A stretch of 62,881 nt of DNA, taken from assembly GCA_043821725.1 (NCBI GenBank), contig JBDRCM010000012.1:1-62881 (forward strand), in the 5' to 3' direction. The notes beneath the pieces are model-generated. The model ran no database searches, was not told where the DNA came from, and saw only the letters and a program-made list of their open reading frames with translations. Below, piece after piece: positions 37,401 to 45,733 of the stretch; position 1 is the stretch's first letter; every line of letters starts with the position of its first letter. The stretch comes from a bacterium (GTDB lineage Bacteria > Patescibacteriota > Patescibacteriia > Magasanikbacterales > GWA2-37-8). The position numbers and the translations under genes are program-made.

Positions 37401-37591
37401 AAGACAAAGCAGTAATAGCCGTACAAATTAACGGAAAAGTTCGTGATCAAATTGAGATTGATATTGACGCGGATGAGCAAACAGTTAAACAGCTTGCGCA
37501 AAAATCCGAAAAAGCTCAAAAATGGCTTAAAGGAAAAAATCCTAAGAAAATTATATATATAAAGGATAAATTAGTTAGTATTGTTGTTTAA
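34478..37591 (+). CDS. leuS: leucine--tRNA ligase carrying an inserted alpha/beta serine-hydrolase domain
   Basis: HVGH (HIGH-type) and KMSKS motifs, TTRPDT editing-domain entry, RQRYWGEPIP. A 196-aa insertion with GHSLGG lies at 35912-36499. The start is ambiguous (TTG 34463, ATG 34478 or ATG 34487). Confidence 0.93.
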   Translation: MKIMKKNNLKKIKPKSPAFFKALADKQKYNPKLIESKWQKYWQENAIFNVKEDKNKEKFYALIEFPYPSGDGLHVGHARPFTGMDVIARKKRMQGLNVLYPIGFDAFGLPTENHAIKTGRAPAQVTAENIATFTCQLKMLGYSFDWLRCVNTTDPDYYKWTQWIFLQLFKHGLAYKKNMPINWCLDCKIGLANEEVVEGRCERCGGEVEKRDKSQWMLAITKYADKLLDGLDEVDYIERAKIQQKNWIGKSEGVSIKFSVILNESKRRSEVSLVAFTTRPDTLFGVTYMVVAPEHELIKKCQSIITNQDEIKDYVKKAKLKSDLQRAEIQKEKTGVELKGIKAVNPVNNQEIPIWVADYVLDSYGTGAIMAVPGHDERDFEFAQIMGLEIVRVVVGLDGDKSPITKIEQVQEKEGKMMNSDFLNGLDIHEATKKIMDYIEDKKWGKREINYKLRDWIFSRQRYWGEPIPLVHCEKCASKKPKILLIHGYGGQDKENWFPWFKAKMEKKGYEVLIPNLPNSENPNLDEWLDALNKLEIKSDDNLFVVGHSLGGPTACHFIIKNNLKVKKLVLVAPCGYSNDWKHLMKYDFPKEAPQIITSFIHEKFDFNKLNELVESISLYFSEDDPYIPISTKNDYKDAKGFVRIYKNKGHFNKKISGMTEFPDILSEFPEESSIGWIPLPEDQLPLELPKIEKYEPTDTGESPLAVMADWVNTTCPKCKAPAKRETDTMPNWAGSSWYFLRYCDSKNHEKFASKNNLEYWGPVDWYNGGMEHTVLHLLYSRFWNHFLYDIKAVPFKEPYKKRTSHGMILGEDGEKMSKSRGNVINPDQMVDKFGADALRTYIMFMGPFDQAVAWDTNGVVGVKRFLDRVWILSQKIEKSAKDDKKIERLVHKTIKKVTEDIDKMHFNTAIAKMMEMVNEFAKHPTISKSHFSVLIKLLSPFAPHVCEELWKQLGNASGIALEQWPCYDKDKIIEDKAVIAVQINGKVRDQIEIDIDADEQTVKQLAQKSEKAQKWLKGKNPKKIIYIKDKLVSIVV

Positions 37592-37630
37592 AATTTCTTT
37601 GTCTAGAATGGAATCCTTTTGGGTTTAGAA

Positions 37631-37703
37631 AGAACATACAGATATATCTTTTTCGCAGACGCGGCGAAGTCCGTAGCGCGAAAAAGATATATCTGTATGT
37701 TCT
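37631..37703 (+). terminator. 73-nt hairpin with a perfect 26-bp stem followed by a T-run, downstream of leuS
   Basis: AGAACATACAGATATATCTTTTTCGC (37631-37656) is the exact reverse complement of 37678-37703. The loop is 21 nt, followed by ACATATTTTTTT. Confidence 0.7.
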
Positions 37704-37713
37704 ACATATTTTT

Positions 37714-37742
37714 TTGCAATAGGTTTATCAAAATTTTATATT
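37714..37742 (+). promoter_or_regulatory. sigma70-type promoter for comEC
   Basis: TTGCAA, 17 nt, TATATT. Confidence 0.5.
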
Positions 37743-37784
37743 TTTTTTAATTTTGCTTCATCTGCAATAATTTAAAATGACGCA

Positions 37785-39329
37785 ATGAAGGAGGGAAAGT
37801 TGATCGAAATAGCGCGATCCAAAAGCAGAACATTTTTAATGTTTTGCTTTTGTTTTGTCTTAGGAGTGTCTGCTACCTTAGCGCTTGAAATAGGGCGAAA
37901 TTTTTTAATGCCTGCATATTGCTTGACTCTCGTGTGTGTTTTTTGCGCATCTTTATTAACACAACGCAATCGCAAAGGCAGAATTTCTTCAGGTAAAAAA
38001 GTTGTCAGATTATTATTCATTTCAGTTACTATTTTGATCCTTGGAATGGTGCGCGTTTTGATTGCATTGCCAAAAGTTAATGAAAATCATGTTGCTCATT
38101 ATAATGGATCATGGGTTGAATTCATCGGCATAATAGCCAGTGAGCCGGATGCCAGAATTGCATACACAAATTACACAATAAAAAAATTGCATCCAACGAG
38201 CGCGACTATATCCGAATTATCAATGCCATCCATTGTTAAAGGTAAAATATTGATTAAGACCGGAATTTATCCGACTTTCAATTTAGGTGATGAATTGACA
38301 GTCGCGTGCGAACTGCAAAAGCCGAAAAACACAAGCGCAAAATTCAAATATGACAAATATTTGCAGATGCAGGGGATTCATTCAATCTGTTATTACCCTA
38401 GAATTTCACTTTTTAGAAGCGCCGATGATGTTGGAATAGGTAATTTAAAACTCAGCAGTATTTATCGCGCGATTGTTCGTCTGAAAGTCAAGGTTGCCGA
38501 TCGTGTAAATCTGCTATGGCCGGAGCCGAAAAGTGGATTTATGGCCGGCCTGCTTTATGGCTCCAGAAGCGGATTGCCTGAAGATGTAATTGAATATTTT
38601 AATGCTTCCGGTATAACGCACATTATAGCCATTTCCGGATATAATATAAGCATCATAGTTGTGGTCATAATGAATTGTTTAATCCACATTGGATTTAACA
38701 GGCGATCTGCTTTTTGGCTGGTGTTGGCAGTAATATTCGCGTTTGTGATTTTTACCGGCGCTTCCGCTTCAGTAATGCGCGCGGCCATTATGGGATGCAT
38801 TGTTTTATTGGCAGGCCAACTCGGGCGTGCTTCCAAAGTATTCAATTTGTTGGTAATGGTGCTGGTCGTTATGGTGTTAATTAATCCACTTTCCATTTTT
38901 TATGATTGCGGATTTCAGCTTTCTTTTTTAGCAACAATTGGCTTGGTATATCTGTCTCCTTTAGTCAAGCCAATTTTAAAATGGGAAACTGTGGCATCCA
39001 CTTTTTCAGCAATAATAGCCACAATGCCTTTGATGTTGTACCAGTTTGAGCGCTTTTCAATTGTTGCAATAGCCGCAAATATTTTGATTTTATGGATAAT
39101 ACCGATTTTAATGCTTGGAGGTTTTATTGCCACGGCAATAAGTTTTGTCTTTTTTTTGCTTGGCCTTGCAGTGGCGCATATTACAGGAGTCGGAATGGAT
39201 TATGTACTGGCAGTTGCAAAATACTTAGGTTCAAAGCCATTCAGTTCAGTTGAGTTATCAATTTCTTTGCCTGTAATGCTTTTGCTTTACGCTATAATGC
39301 TGGTTGCATATTTTAAACGCAAGAAGTAA
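37785..39329 (+). CDS. comEC: ComEC/Rec2 DNA-uptake channel (membrane 'competence' domain part only)
   Basis: 514 aa and polytopic. SGITHIIAISGYNISI is a competence-domain signature. An alternative TTG start at 37800 follows GGAGGG. Confidence 0.82.
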   Translation: MKEGKLIEIARSKSRTFLMFCFCFVLGVSATLALEIGRNFLMPAYCLTLVCVFCASLLTQRNRKGRISSGKKVVRLLFISVTILILGMVRVLIALPKVNENHVAHYNGSWVEFIGIIASEPDARIAYTNYTIKKLHPTSATISELSMPSIVKGKILIKTGIYPTFNLGDELTVACELQKPKNTSAKFKYDKYLQMQGIHSICYYPRISLFRSADDVGIGNLKLSSIYRAIVRLKVKVADRVNLLWPEPKSGFMAGLLYGSRSGLPEDVIEYFNASGITHIIAISGYNISIIVVVIMNCLIHIGFNRRSAFWLVLAVIFAFVIFTGASASVMRAAIMGCIVLLAGQLGRASKVFNLLVMVLVVMVLINPLSIFYDCGFQLSFLATIGLVYLSPLVKPILKWETVASTFSAIIATMPLMLYQFERFSIVAIAANILILWIIPILMLGGFIATAISFVFFLLGLAVAHITGVGMDYVLAVAKYLGSKPFSSVELSISLPVMLLLYAIMLVAYFKRKK

Positions 39330-39332
39330 GCC

Positions 39333-39360
39333 CTTGCCTGCCGATAGGTAGGCAGGCAGG
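39333..39360 (+). other. GC-rich hairpin between the two ComEC-derived genes
   Basis: CTTGCCTGCC / GGCAGGCAGG 10-bp stem with one G-U pair and an 8-nt loop. No T-run follows. Confidence 0.6.
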
Positions 39361-39382
39361 TCTGCTAATAACTGTATTTCGC

Positions 39383-40219
39383 ATGAAAAAATTTTTAATT
39401 GCAGTTTTAGGCATATTTTTAATATCAGTTTTCTTGCTTTTACAAATTAATTTTAATGATGAGCAAAAGCTTAAAGTTGTTTTTTTTAACATTGGACAGG
39501 GCGACTCTTCAATTATTTTTTTTAAGGACAAATCAAAAATGCTGATTGACTGCGGGCCGGACAAAAAAGTAATTGCAAGTTTGGGCAACTATCTGCCTTT
39601 CTATGATCGGACCATAGATTATTTATTGATTACTCATTTTGACCTTGACCATTATGGCGGATGTATTGATGTTCTAAAAAGATACAAAGTTAAAAATATA
39701 ATTGTGAACGGTGATATAAAGACAGGTGACCATTATTGGGTTGAATGGGAAAAGCAAAAGAACAAGGAGGGTGCACAGGAGATTATTATTTATGCGCCTG
39801 CTGTCTGGCAGATGGCTGGTGCTGATATTGATTTTTGGTGGCCTAAAATGGTTGCTGATTTTATTCCAAAAGATTCCAATGATAAATCCATTGTTTTTCG
39901 CTTGCAAGCTGATGATTTCTCCATTTTATTTACAGGCGACATGGAGGAACAATTGGAAAATTATTTAATAAAAAATTTATGCAAGGTTGGGCGGTCGCCT
40001 TGTCCGTCCTTGCATGCTGAAATATTAAAAGTCGGCCATCATGGAAGCAAAAGTTCAACCGGACAAGATTTTTTGAATGCAGTCAGTCCTTCAAGAGCAA
40101 TTGTTTCAGTGGGTAAAAATCGCTTTGGTCATCCATCAGAGCGCATAATGTTCCGATTGCGAAGATCTGGAGTTGAGATTTTGCGAACAGATTTGATTGG
40201 TGATATTATTATAGAGTAG
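39383..40219 (+). CDS. ComEC-type metallo-beta-lactamase domain protein, encoded separately with its own N-terminal anchor
   Basis: 278 aa. N-terminal TM helix, NIGQGDS, THFDLDHYGG (HxHxDH-type), KVGHHGS. Confidence 0.82.
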   Translation: MKKFLIAVLGIFLISVFLLLQINFNDEQKLKVVFFNIGQGDSSIIFFKDKSKMLIDCGPDKKVIASLGNYLPFYDRTIDYLLITHFDLDHYGGCIDVLKRYKVKNIIVNGDIKTGDHYWVEWEKQKNKEGAQEIIIYAPAVWQMAGADIDFWWPKMVADFIPKDSNDKSIVFRLQADDFSILFTGDMEEQLENYLIKNLCKVGRSPCPSLHAEILKVGHHGSKSSTGQDFLNAVSPSRAIVSVGKNRFGHPSERIMFRLRRSGVEILRTDLIGDIIIE

Positions 40220-40271
40220 GTGATTGTTATTAGCATTTAATCAAACATGCACACGCATCTGGCATGACATC

Positions 40272-40300
40272 TTGACAGTTTACAATAATAGTGGTATGAT
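40272..40300 (+). promoter_or_regulatory. sigma70 promoter for nusA
   Basis: TTGACA, 17 nt, TATGAT. Confidence 0.65.
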
Positions 40301-40311
40301 AATCTCAGAGA

Positions 40312-40338
40312 GTACCTTAATAAGGTGCTTGTTTTTTT
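40312..40338 (+). terminator. leader hairpin plus T-run between the nusA promoter and start codon (candidate attenuator)
   Basis: GTACCTT-AAT-AAGGTGC followed by TTGTTTTTTT. Located about 5 nt after the predicted TSS and 28 nt before the ATG. Confidence 0.4.
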
Positions 40339-40366
40339 AGAAAATTAATATTATTAATCATAATAT

Positions 40367-41809
40367 ATGTCAGACATAACAAAAGCAATTCAAATGCTTT
40401 GCGATGAAAAAAATCTTTCGCAAGAAGCTGTAATGGAAGCCATTGAATTTGCATTGGCGGCTGCTTATCGTAAAGATTTTGGAAATAAGCAGATGAATAT
40501 CAAAGTTGAGTATGATCCTGAAAAAAATGTCATGAAAGCATGGGATGTAAAAGAAGTTGCAGATGATATTGATGAGGACGTTCTTAAGGAAGCGCAGGAA
40601 GAGCTTTCCGCACGCAGGGAAAAGGCAAGGGAAGAAGATCGTGATCTAGCCGAAGAGGAAATGGATGATCTTCCGCGTTTTAATCCAAAAACGCAAATTA
40701 TGCTTACTCAAGCAAAGGAAATTAAAAAAAGTGCCAAAATAGGTGATGTTCTTGAAATTAAATTGGAGATTCCGGATGAATTTGGCAGAATGGCAGCTCA
40801 AACTGCCAAGCAGGTTATTATTCAAAAAGTCAGGGAAGCAGAGCGAAGTATGGTTTTTGACGACTATAAGGCGCAGGAAGGCGAGATAGTAATGGGAACA
40901 GTGCAAAGAGTAGAAGGCAGAAAGGTTCTTATTGATTTTGGAAAAGTAACAGGCATACTTCCGATTGAAATGCAGGTAAGAAGGGATTTGTACAGGCCGG
41001 GCGCCAGAATGAAATTTTTAGTTGTTTCCGTTGAGATGACAATCCGCGGGCCGCAGATAATTTTATCGCGCAATGACAACAAATTTGTTGAAGAGGTCTT
41101 TAAGCAGGAAATTCCTGAGATCGCCGATAATATCATACAGATTAAAGGAATTGCGCGCGACGCCGGCTTTCGTTCCAAAGTTGCCGTGTCCACTTCTGAT
41201 GATTCAATTGACCCGATCGGTTCATGCATTGGCCAGCGCGGAGGGCGAATAAATACTATTATAGAAGAACTTGGCGGTGAAAAAGTTGATGTTATCAGCT
41301 ATTCTGACAAAGCCGAGGACTATATTACAAACTCTCTTGCTCCGGCTAAAATATCAGGCGTTAATTTGGATGAGCAAGAAAAAACAGCTGAAGTTTTGGT
41401 ATCAAGCGACCAATTTTCTTTGGCAATCGGGCGCGGTGGTCAGAATGTACGGTTGGCCGCTGAATTGACTGGTTGGACATTGAAAATAAAAGAAGAAGGC
41501 GGTGAAGGCAAAGAGATTTCCAGCGTAGAAGAAGATAAAAAAGATGAAGAGATCTCTGAAGACACTGTTGAAAAACCAATTGAAGGCGATGCTGAACATT
41601 TTGTTGAGGAAGTTAAAAAATCCGCTAAAAAAGCTTCCAAAGCTGATGCTAAAGACGTTTCTGAAAAAAGCAAGCCAAAAGAAAGAACAAAGAAGACGAA
41701 AAAGAAAAAAGATGAAGAGCCGGCCAAAGAAGATGAAGAATCAAAAAAGACAGCAGAGTCCGTTTCCGAACAGACAGCAGAACCGGCTTCTGAAGAGGTT
41801 GCTTCATAA
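40367..41809 (+). CDS. nusA: transcription termination/antitermination factor NusA with an acidic/Lys-rich C-terminal tail
   Basis: 480 aa. S1 domain (GTVQRVEGRKVLIDFG) and two KH domains (GSCIGQRGGRI, LAIGRGGQNVRLA). Confidence 0.92.
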   Translation: MSDITKAIQMLCDEKNLSQEAVMEAIEFALAAAYRKDFGNKQMNIKVEYDPEKNVMKAWDVKEVADDIDEDVLKEAQEELSARREKAREEDRDLAEEEMDDLPRFNPKTQIMLTQAKEIKKSAKIGDVLEIKLEIPDEFGRMAAQTAKQVIIQKVREAERSMVFDDYKAQEGEIVMGTVQRVEGRKVLIDFGKVTGILPIEMQVRRDLYRPGARMKFLVVSVEMTIRGPQIILSRNDNKFVEEVFKQEIPEIADNIIQIKGIARDAGFRSKVAVSTSDDSIDPIGSCIGQRGGRINTIIEELGGEKVDVISYSDKAEDYITNSLAPAKISGVNLDEQEKTAEVLVSSDQFSLAIGRGGQNVRLAAELTGWTLKIKEEGGEGKEISSVEEDKKDEEISEDTVEKPIEGDAEHFVEEVKKSAKKASKADAKDVSEKSKPKERTKKTKKKKDEEPAKEDEESKKTAESVSEQTAEPASEEVAS

Positions 41810-41838
41810 TATTTAACCAATTAAAATATCAGCATCCT

Positions 41839-42609
41839 ATGTTAGCTCTGTTTCATACTTTTCTATACCAGCCAATCTTCAATATATTTGTTGGGTTATA
41901 TGACCTCATACCCGGCCATGATGTAGGTTTGGTAATTTTAGTGATAACGATTCTTATTCGCCTTGCGCTTTATCCAATGACCGGTAAATCAATTAAGGCG
42001 CAAAGATCTCTCCAAGAGCTTCAGCCGAAAATGGAGGAAATAAAACAAAAATACAAGGACGACAAGCAGAAGCAGACGCAGGCCATAATGGAACTATATA
42101 AGAACAATAAGGTGAATCCGCTTGGATCATGCCTTCCAATGCTTATCCAGCTTCCAATTTTAATTGCTCTGTACATGGTTTTGCGAGACGGATTGGTTTC
42201 AAACAATTTGTCTGAAGTGCTTTATTCATATATTCCAAATCCGCAAACCATAAATCCAATGTCGTTCGGTTTTTTTGATCTTGCAAAGCCAAATGTGGTT
42301 TTGGCTTTTTTGGCGGGTGGAGCTCAATATTGGCAAGCAAGGACATTAAGCCGTAAGCAGGCTCCAAAATCAGCAGGCACCGGTTCAAAAGACGAAAACA
42401 TGATGTCAATGATGAATAAGCAAATGCTATATTTTATGCCTGTTCTTACAGTTGTAATTGGAATGAGCCTGCCGGCCGGCCTCACTCTTTATTGGTTTTT
42501 CAGCACTCTCTTAATGGCTCTTCAGCAAGTTTGGCTAAATAAGAAGGAGCCACTTGCAAAAAAAATTCAGGATGATAAAGTAATAGAAGGTAAAATAGTT
42601 GAAAAATAA
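41839..42609 (+). CDS. yidC: membrane protein insertase YidC (short form)
   Basis: 256 aa. LQPKMEEIKQKYKDD...NPLGSCLPMLIQLPI motifs typical of YidC/Oxa1. Confidence 0.9.
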   Translation: MLALFHTFLYQPIFNIFVGLYDLIPGHDVGLVILVITILIRLALYPMTGKSIKAQRSLQELQPKMEEIKQKYKDDKQKQTQAIMELYKNNKVNPLGSCLPMLIQLPILIALYMVLRDGLVSNNLSEVLYSYIPNPQTINPMSFGFFDLAKPNVVLAFLAGGAQYWQARTLSRKQAPKSAGTGSKDENMMSMMNKQMLYFMPVLTVVIGMSLPAGLTLYWFFSTLLMALQQVWLNKKEPLAKKIQDDKVIEGKIVEK

Positions 42610-42611
42610 TT

Positions 42612-42905
42612 ATGTTATTCAATTTTCATCATCTTACGCATTTGCCGGTTATTACAGCATCAGGCACAAAGCTCGGCAGAGTTCATGATATTAATTTTGA
42701 TATTGAATCGCATGCAATATTCGGTTATTGCGTGCGCTCCAGCGTTATAGGGCGGTCATATTTGATTAAGCCGTCCCAGGTTGTTGAAATAACAAATGAA
42801 AAAATGGTGGTTGAAGATGCTGTTTCAAAAACCGCGATTCAACCAGAATCCCAAAGTGAAAAAACAGGCGCGCTAGCCGGAGTTGCCTTAACCAAAGAAA
42901 ATTAA
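42612..42905 (+). CDS. PRC-barrel domain protein
   Basis: 97 aa. LPVITASGTKLGRVHDINFD resembles YlmC/YmxH-type PRC barrels. Confidence 0.55.
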   Translation: MLFNFHHLTHLPVITASGTKLGRVHDINFDIESHAIFGYCVRSSVIGRSYLIKPSQVVEITNEKMVVEDAVSKTAIQPESQSEKTGALAGVALTKEN

Positions 42906-42928
42906 TATCACATAAATTAATATTACAT

Positions 42929-43153
42929 ATGGAACAGATGCCAATTTTTAAAAATGAAAAGTTCAGAGACGTTATTGATAAAGGTTTTTCAAAGCCGGAT
43001 GATGATGAAGAAAATTTTTTGTTTGGACACAATGAGGATCCTGATGCGTTAAAAACAAAACTTGATGAACGATTTTTTAAGTCATTTGTTCTTGGAAAAA
43101 GCAATGATATGAATGATGGCGCAAAAAAAAAGCATACTAGAGAAAAAAATTGA
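42929..43153 (+). CDS. hypothetical acidic protein
   Basis: 74-aa ORF. No motif recognised. Confidence 0.4.
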   Translation: MEQMPIFKNEKFRDVIDKGFSKPDDDEENFLFGHNEDPDALKTKLDERFFKSFVLGKSNDMNDGAKKKHTREKN

Positions 43154-43229
43154 TGTTTGGCTCTATACAAAGTGGCATTTATTGAAAAACAGAATTGAAT
43201 TTTAGAATGAATTGTGAAACAACAGCGTA

Positions 43230-43258
43230 TTGGCTGTTTTTTTTGTTTGCGCTATAAT
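43230..43258 (+). promoter_or_regulatory. sigma70 promoter positioned for a leaderless transcript
   Basis: TTGGCT, 17 nt, TATAAT. The -10 element ends 7 nt before the ATG at 43265. Confidence 0.55.
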
Positions 43259-43264
43259 GGCTTT

Positions 43265-44209
43265 ATGGATAATTTAGAAAAATCAATAATTCAGACGCTT
43301 GCGTATTTTGACTATTTCAGCCATCCTTTAACAAATGAAGAGCTTTTTAGGTATTTATGGAAGCCGCCCTTAGATATTAAATATGATGTTTTTTTGGCTC
43401 GTCTTAATGAGTTTTCAATAATTGGTGATAAAATACAGAAGAAATACTGTTATTATTTTTTATCAGGGCGTGAAAGCATTGTGGAAGACAGGCGATTGAA
43501 AACATATATTAATGACCGCAAGCACAAGCTCGCACGCAAGGCAGTTAAAAAAATTCGATATATCCCGTTTGTAAGAGCGGTTATGCTGTGCAACAACAGC
43601 TCATTTGAAATGGCAAAAGAGGAAAGCGATATTGATATTGCCATAATAGTGAAAAGCAAGCGTATGTGGATTGCGCGGCTGTTTACCACTATTATTTTGA
43701 GCGTGTTTGGAATGAGGCGTCATAGGAAGAAAATAACTAACAGAATCTGCCTTTCTTTTTACGCTTGCGATGAAAATCTTGACTTCAGCTCTTTGATTAT
43801 AACTGAGCCGGATATAGGGCTTGTTTATTGGATAGCGCAGTTTGTTGCCATTTATGATCCAAAAGGAATCAGGGCGTTATTAACGCGAGAAAATTCATGG
43901 CTGAAAAAATATGTTCCAAATGCGCTTGAGTGTGATACGCTTTCAGATAGGTTTTTTGTAAATGGTTGCCTTTTTTCAAAAGCCATAAAATTTTTTTTTG
44001 AAAAGATGTGGGAAGGATGGTATGGTAATATTATTGACAGCCAGGCAAAAAACTTTCAGCTTGCTAAAATGAAAATGAACTCACACAGCGTGCAAAACGA
44101 GCCGGATACAAGAGTTATTATAAGCGATCAAGTTTTAAAATTTCACGAAAAAGACAGGCGGATTGAATATAAAGAGGAGTGGGTAAGAAAAGTGGACGCA
44201 TTGATATAG
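43265..44209 (+). CDS. nucleotidyltransferase-fold protein (hypothetical)
   Basis: 314 aa from ATG 43265. The ORF-track GTG at 43214 lies upstream of the promoter. ...EESDIDIAIIV resembles the Pol-beta NTase hG[GS]-x(n)-DxD motif. Confidence 0.5.
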   Translation: MDNLEKSIIQTLAYFDYFSHPLTNEELFRYLWKPPLDIKYDVFLARLNEFSIIGDKIQKKYCYYFLSGRESIVEDRRLKTYINDRKHKLARKAVKKIRYIPFVRAVMLCNNSSFEMAKEESDIDIAIIVKSKRMWIARLFTTIILSVFGMRRHRKKITNRICLSFYACDENLDFSSLIITEPDIGLVYWIAQFVAIYDPKGIRALLTRENSWLKKYVPNALECDTLSDRFFVNGCLFSKAIKFFFEKMWEGWYGNIIDSQAKNFQLAKMKMNSHSVQNEPDTRVIISDQVLKFHEKDRRIEYKEEWVRKVDALI

Positions 44210-44242
44210 CGTATTTTCTACATTTTTTGTGGCACACTTATT

Positions 44243-45604
44243 ATGAAAAAAATTGAAAAAATTACAAATTTACTTATCCTTGCGTTTTTGTTTTTTCTGC
44301 CTTGGCAGACGAGATATATTTATGAGTATGGTTATCTTAACAATGGATCATGGGAATACGGCACATACAGTATTTACGCCATAGAAATCCTGTTGTGGAT
44401 AATAATTATTTTGTTTGCAATCAACAAATTCGCAAAGCGCGATTTTTTTATTCAAATTTGTTCTCCGGCTAACTTCAAAAAAAATTGCAGGCCGGCCACG
44501 TTTGTGATCATTTTTATTATTTTTAACATTTGCATGCTGGCCACAAGTTTGGATTTTGAATTAAGCTACCAGCATGTCGTGCGCGTGCTTGGAGCGATTT
44601 GTCTTGGCATGGTAATTTTAAGCAACGCGCCTCGCGTTAAAAGCGCATTAATCGTTTTTTGGGTCGGTGGAGTTGTTCAAGGAGCTTTGGCAATATTTCA
44701 GTTTTTCGCGCAAAAAGTTTGGGCTTGCAAATGGCTTGGCATGGCATCACACAGTGCCGCTGATCAGGGCGCTTCAGTGGTTGAGTTTGCTGGCGAGCGA
44801 TGGTTGCGCGCTTATGGAAGTTTTGGATGGCCGAATATTTTGGGAGGATATTTGGCGATTGTTTTTATAGTAGGGCTGTTGATTATTTTAATAAACTCTC
44901 GCTGTATTTCCAATCATATAGGCGCTTATCATTCTTTTTCATACAAATGGCTGATCAACGCCGGACAGATTGTTGTTCTTGCCGGCCTTATCTTGTCTTT
45001 CAGCAGGGGAGCTTGGATTGCACTGGCAATAGGCGTTGCGTCTTTGCTGTTAATATCCAAAAAGTTGTTTAAGCAAGGAGAATTCTGTTGTTCGCCGATA
45101 TATTTTTTAAGTAAACAATTTTTTTACGGAATAATATTGCTGGTGTGCGCTATGATCATTTTATTTCCATTATTTTTAGCGCGATTCAATCTAATGAACC
45201 GCGTTGAACAAACTTCAATCAGCGAGCATAAATATCAATATGTTGATGCCTCCAATGCAATATACAATAATTTCTGGCTTGGGTCAGGAGCCGGTGCTTA
45301 TACATTACTTCAGTTTCAAGAGGAGCCGAATTTAGAGTCATGGCAGTATCAGCCGATTCACAATATATTTGTTTTGATATTTGCTGAAACAGGCATACTT
45401 GGCATTCTAATATATGGAATAATATTTGCATCTGTTTTTTTATTTGTTTGGAAAAATAACCGACTATTCGCGCCGTTGCTAATAACCATGGCTGTGTTGG
45501 GCATATTTGACCATTGGCTATGGACAATCTATACTGGGCTGGTATTGTGGTGGATAGTATCGGCCATTTCGCTTAAAAAAATAGCTAAAAATAGCCATAT
45601 TTAA
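44243..45604 (+). CDS. O-antigen ligase (Wzy_C/WaaL-like) family membrane protein
   Basis: 453 aa and polytopic. SFSRGAWIALAIG and HNIFVLIFAETGILG motifs are typical of the family. Confidence 0.8.
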   Translation: MKKIEKITNLLILAFLFFLPWQTRYIYEYGYLNNGSWEYGTYSIYAIEILLWIIIILFAINKFAKRDFFIQICSPANFKKNCRPATFVIIFIIFNICMLATSLDFELSYQHVVRVLGAICLGMVILSNAPRVKSALIVFWVGGVVQGALAIFQFFAQKVWACKWLGMASHSAADQGASVVEFAGERWLRAYGSFGWPNILGGYLAIVFIVGLLIILINSRCISNHIGAYHSFSYKWLINAGQIVVLAGLILSFSRGAWIALAIGVASLLLISKKLFKQGEFCCSPIYFLSKQFFYGIILLVCAMIILFPLFLARFNLMNRVEQTSISEHKYQYVDASNAIYNNFWLGSGAGAYTLLQFQEEPNLESWQYQPIHNIFVLIFAETGILGILIYGIIFASVFLFVWKNNRLFAPLLITMAVLGIFDHWLWTIYTGLVLWWIVSAISLKKIAKNSHI

Positions 45605-45677
45605 TACAAAAATACCCATATTTAATACAAAAGCGGATTAAGTGCTATTTCCAGATAGTTATCCATAAGCTTGTCCC

Positions 45678-45705
45678 TTGACATTTTTTTTTATTCTGTT
45701 AAAAT
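45678..45705 (+). promoter_or_regulatory. sigma70 promoter for groES-groEL
   Basis: TTGACA, 16 nt, TAAAAT. Confidence 0.65.
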
Positions 45706-45706
45706 G

Positions 45707-45733
45707 TTATCACTCTGCACTTATGAGTGATAA
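45707..45733 (+). promoter_or_regulatory. CIRCE-type HrcA operator
   Basis: TTATCACTC-N9-GAGTGATAA compared with the consensus TTAGCACTC-N9-GAGTGCTAA. The two arm changes are symmetric. It lies immediately after the -10 element. Confidence 0.85.

Noticed and set aside
45595-45632. Direct repeat CCATATTTAATACAAAA x2 at the end of the O-antigen-ligase-like gene
   Set aside because: This is a single 21-bp local duplication spanning the stop codon, with no further copies seen in the window. Replication slippage is the likely cause and it has no obvious function.
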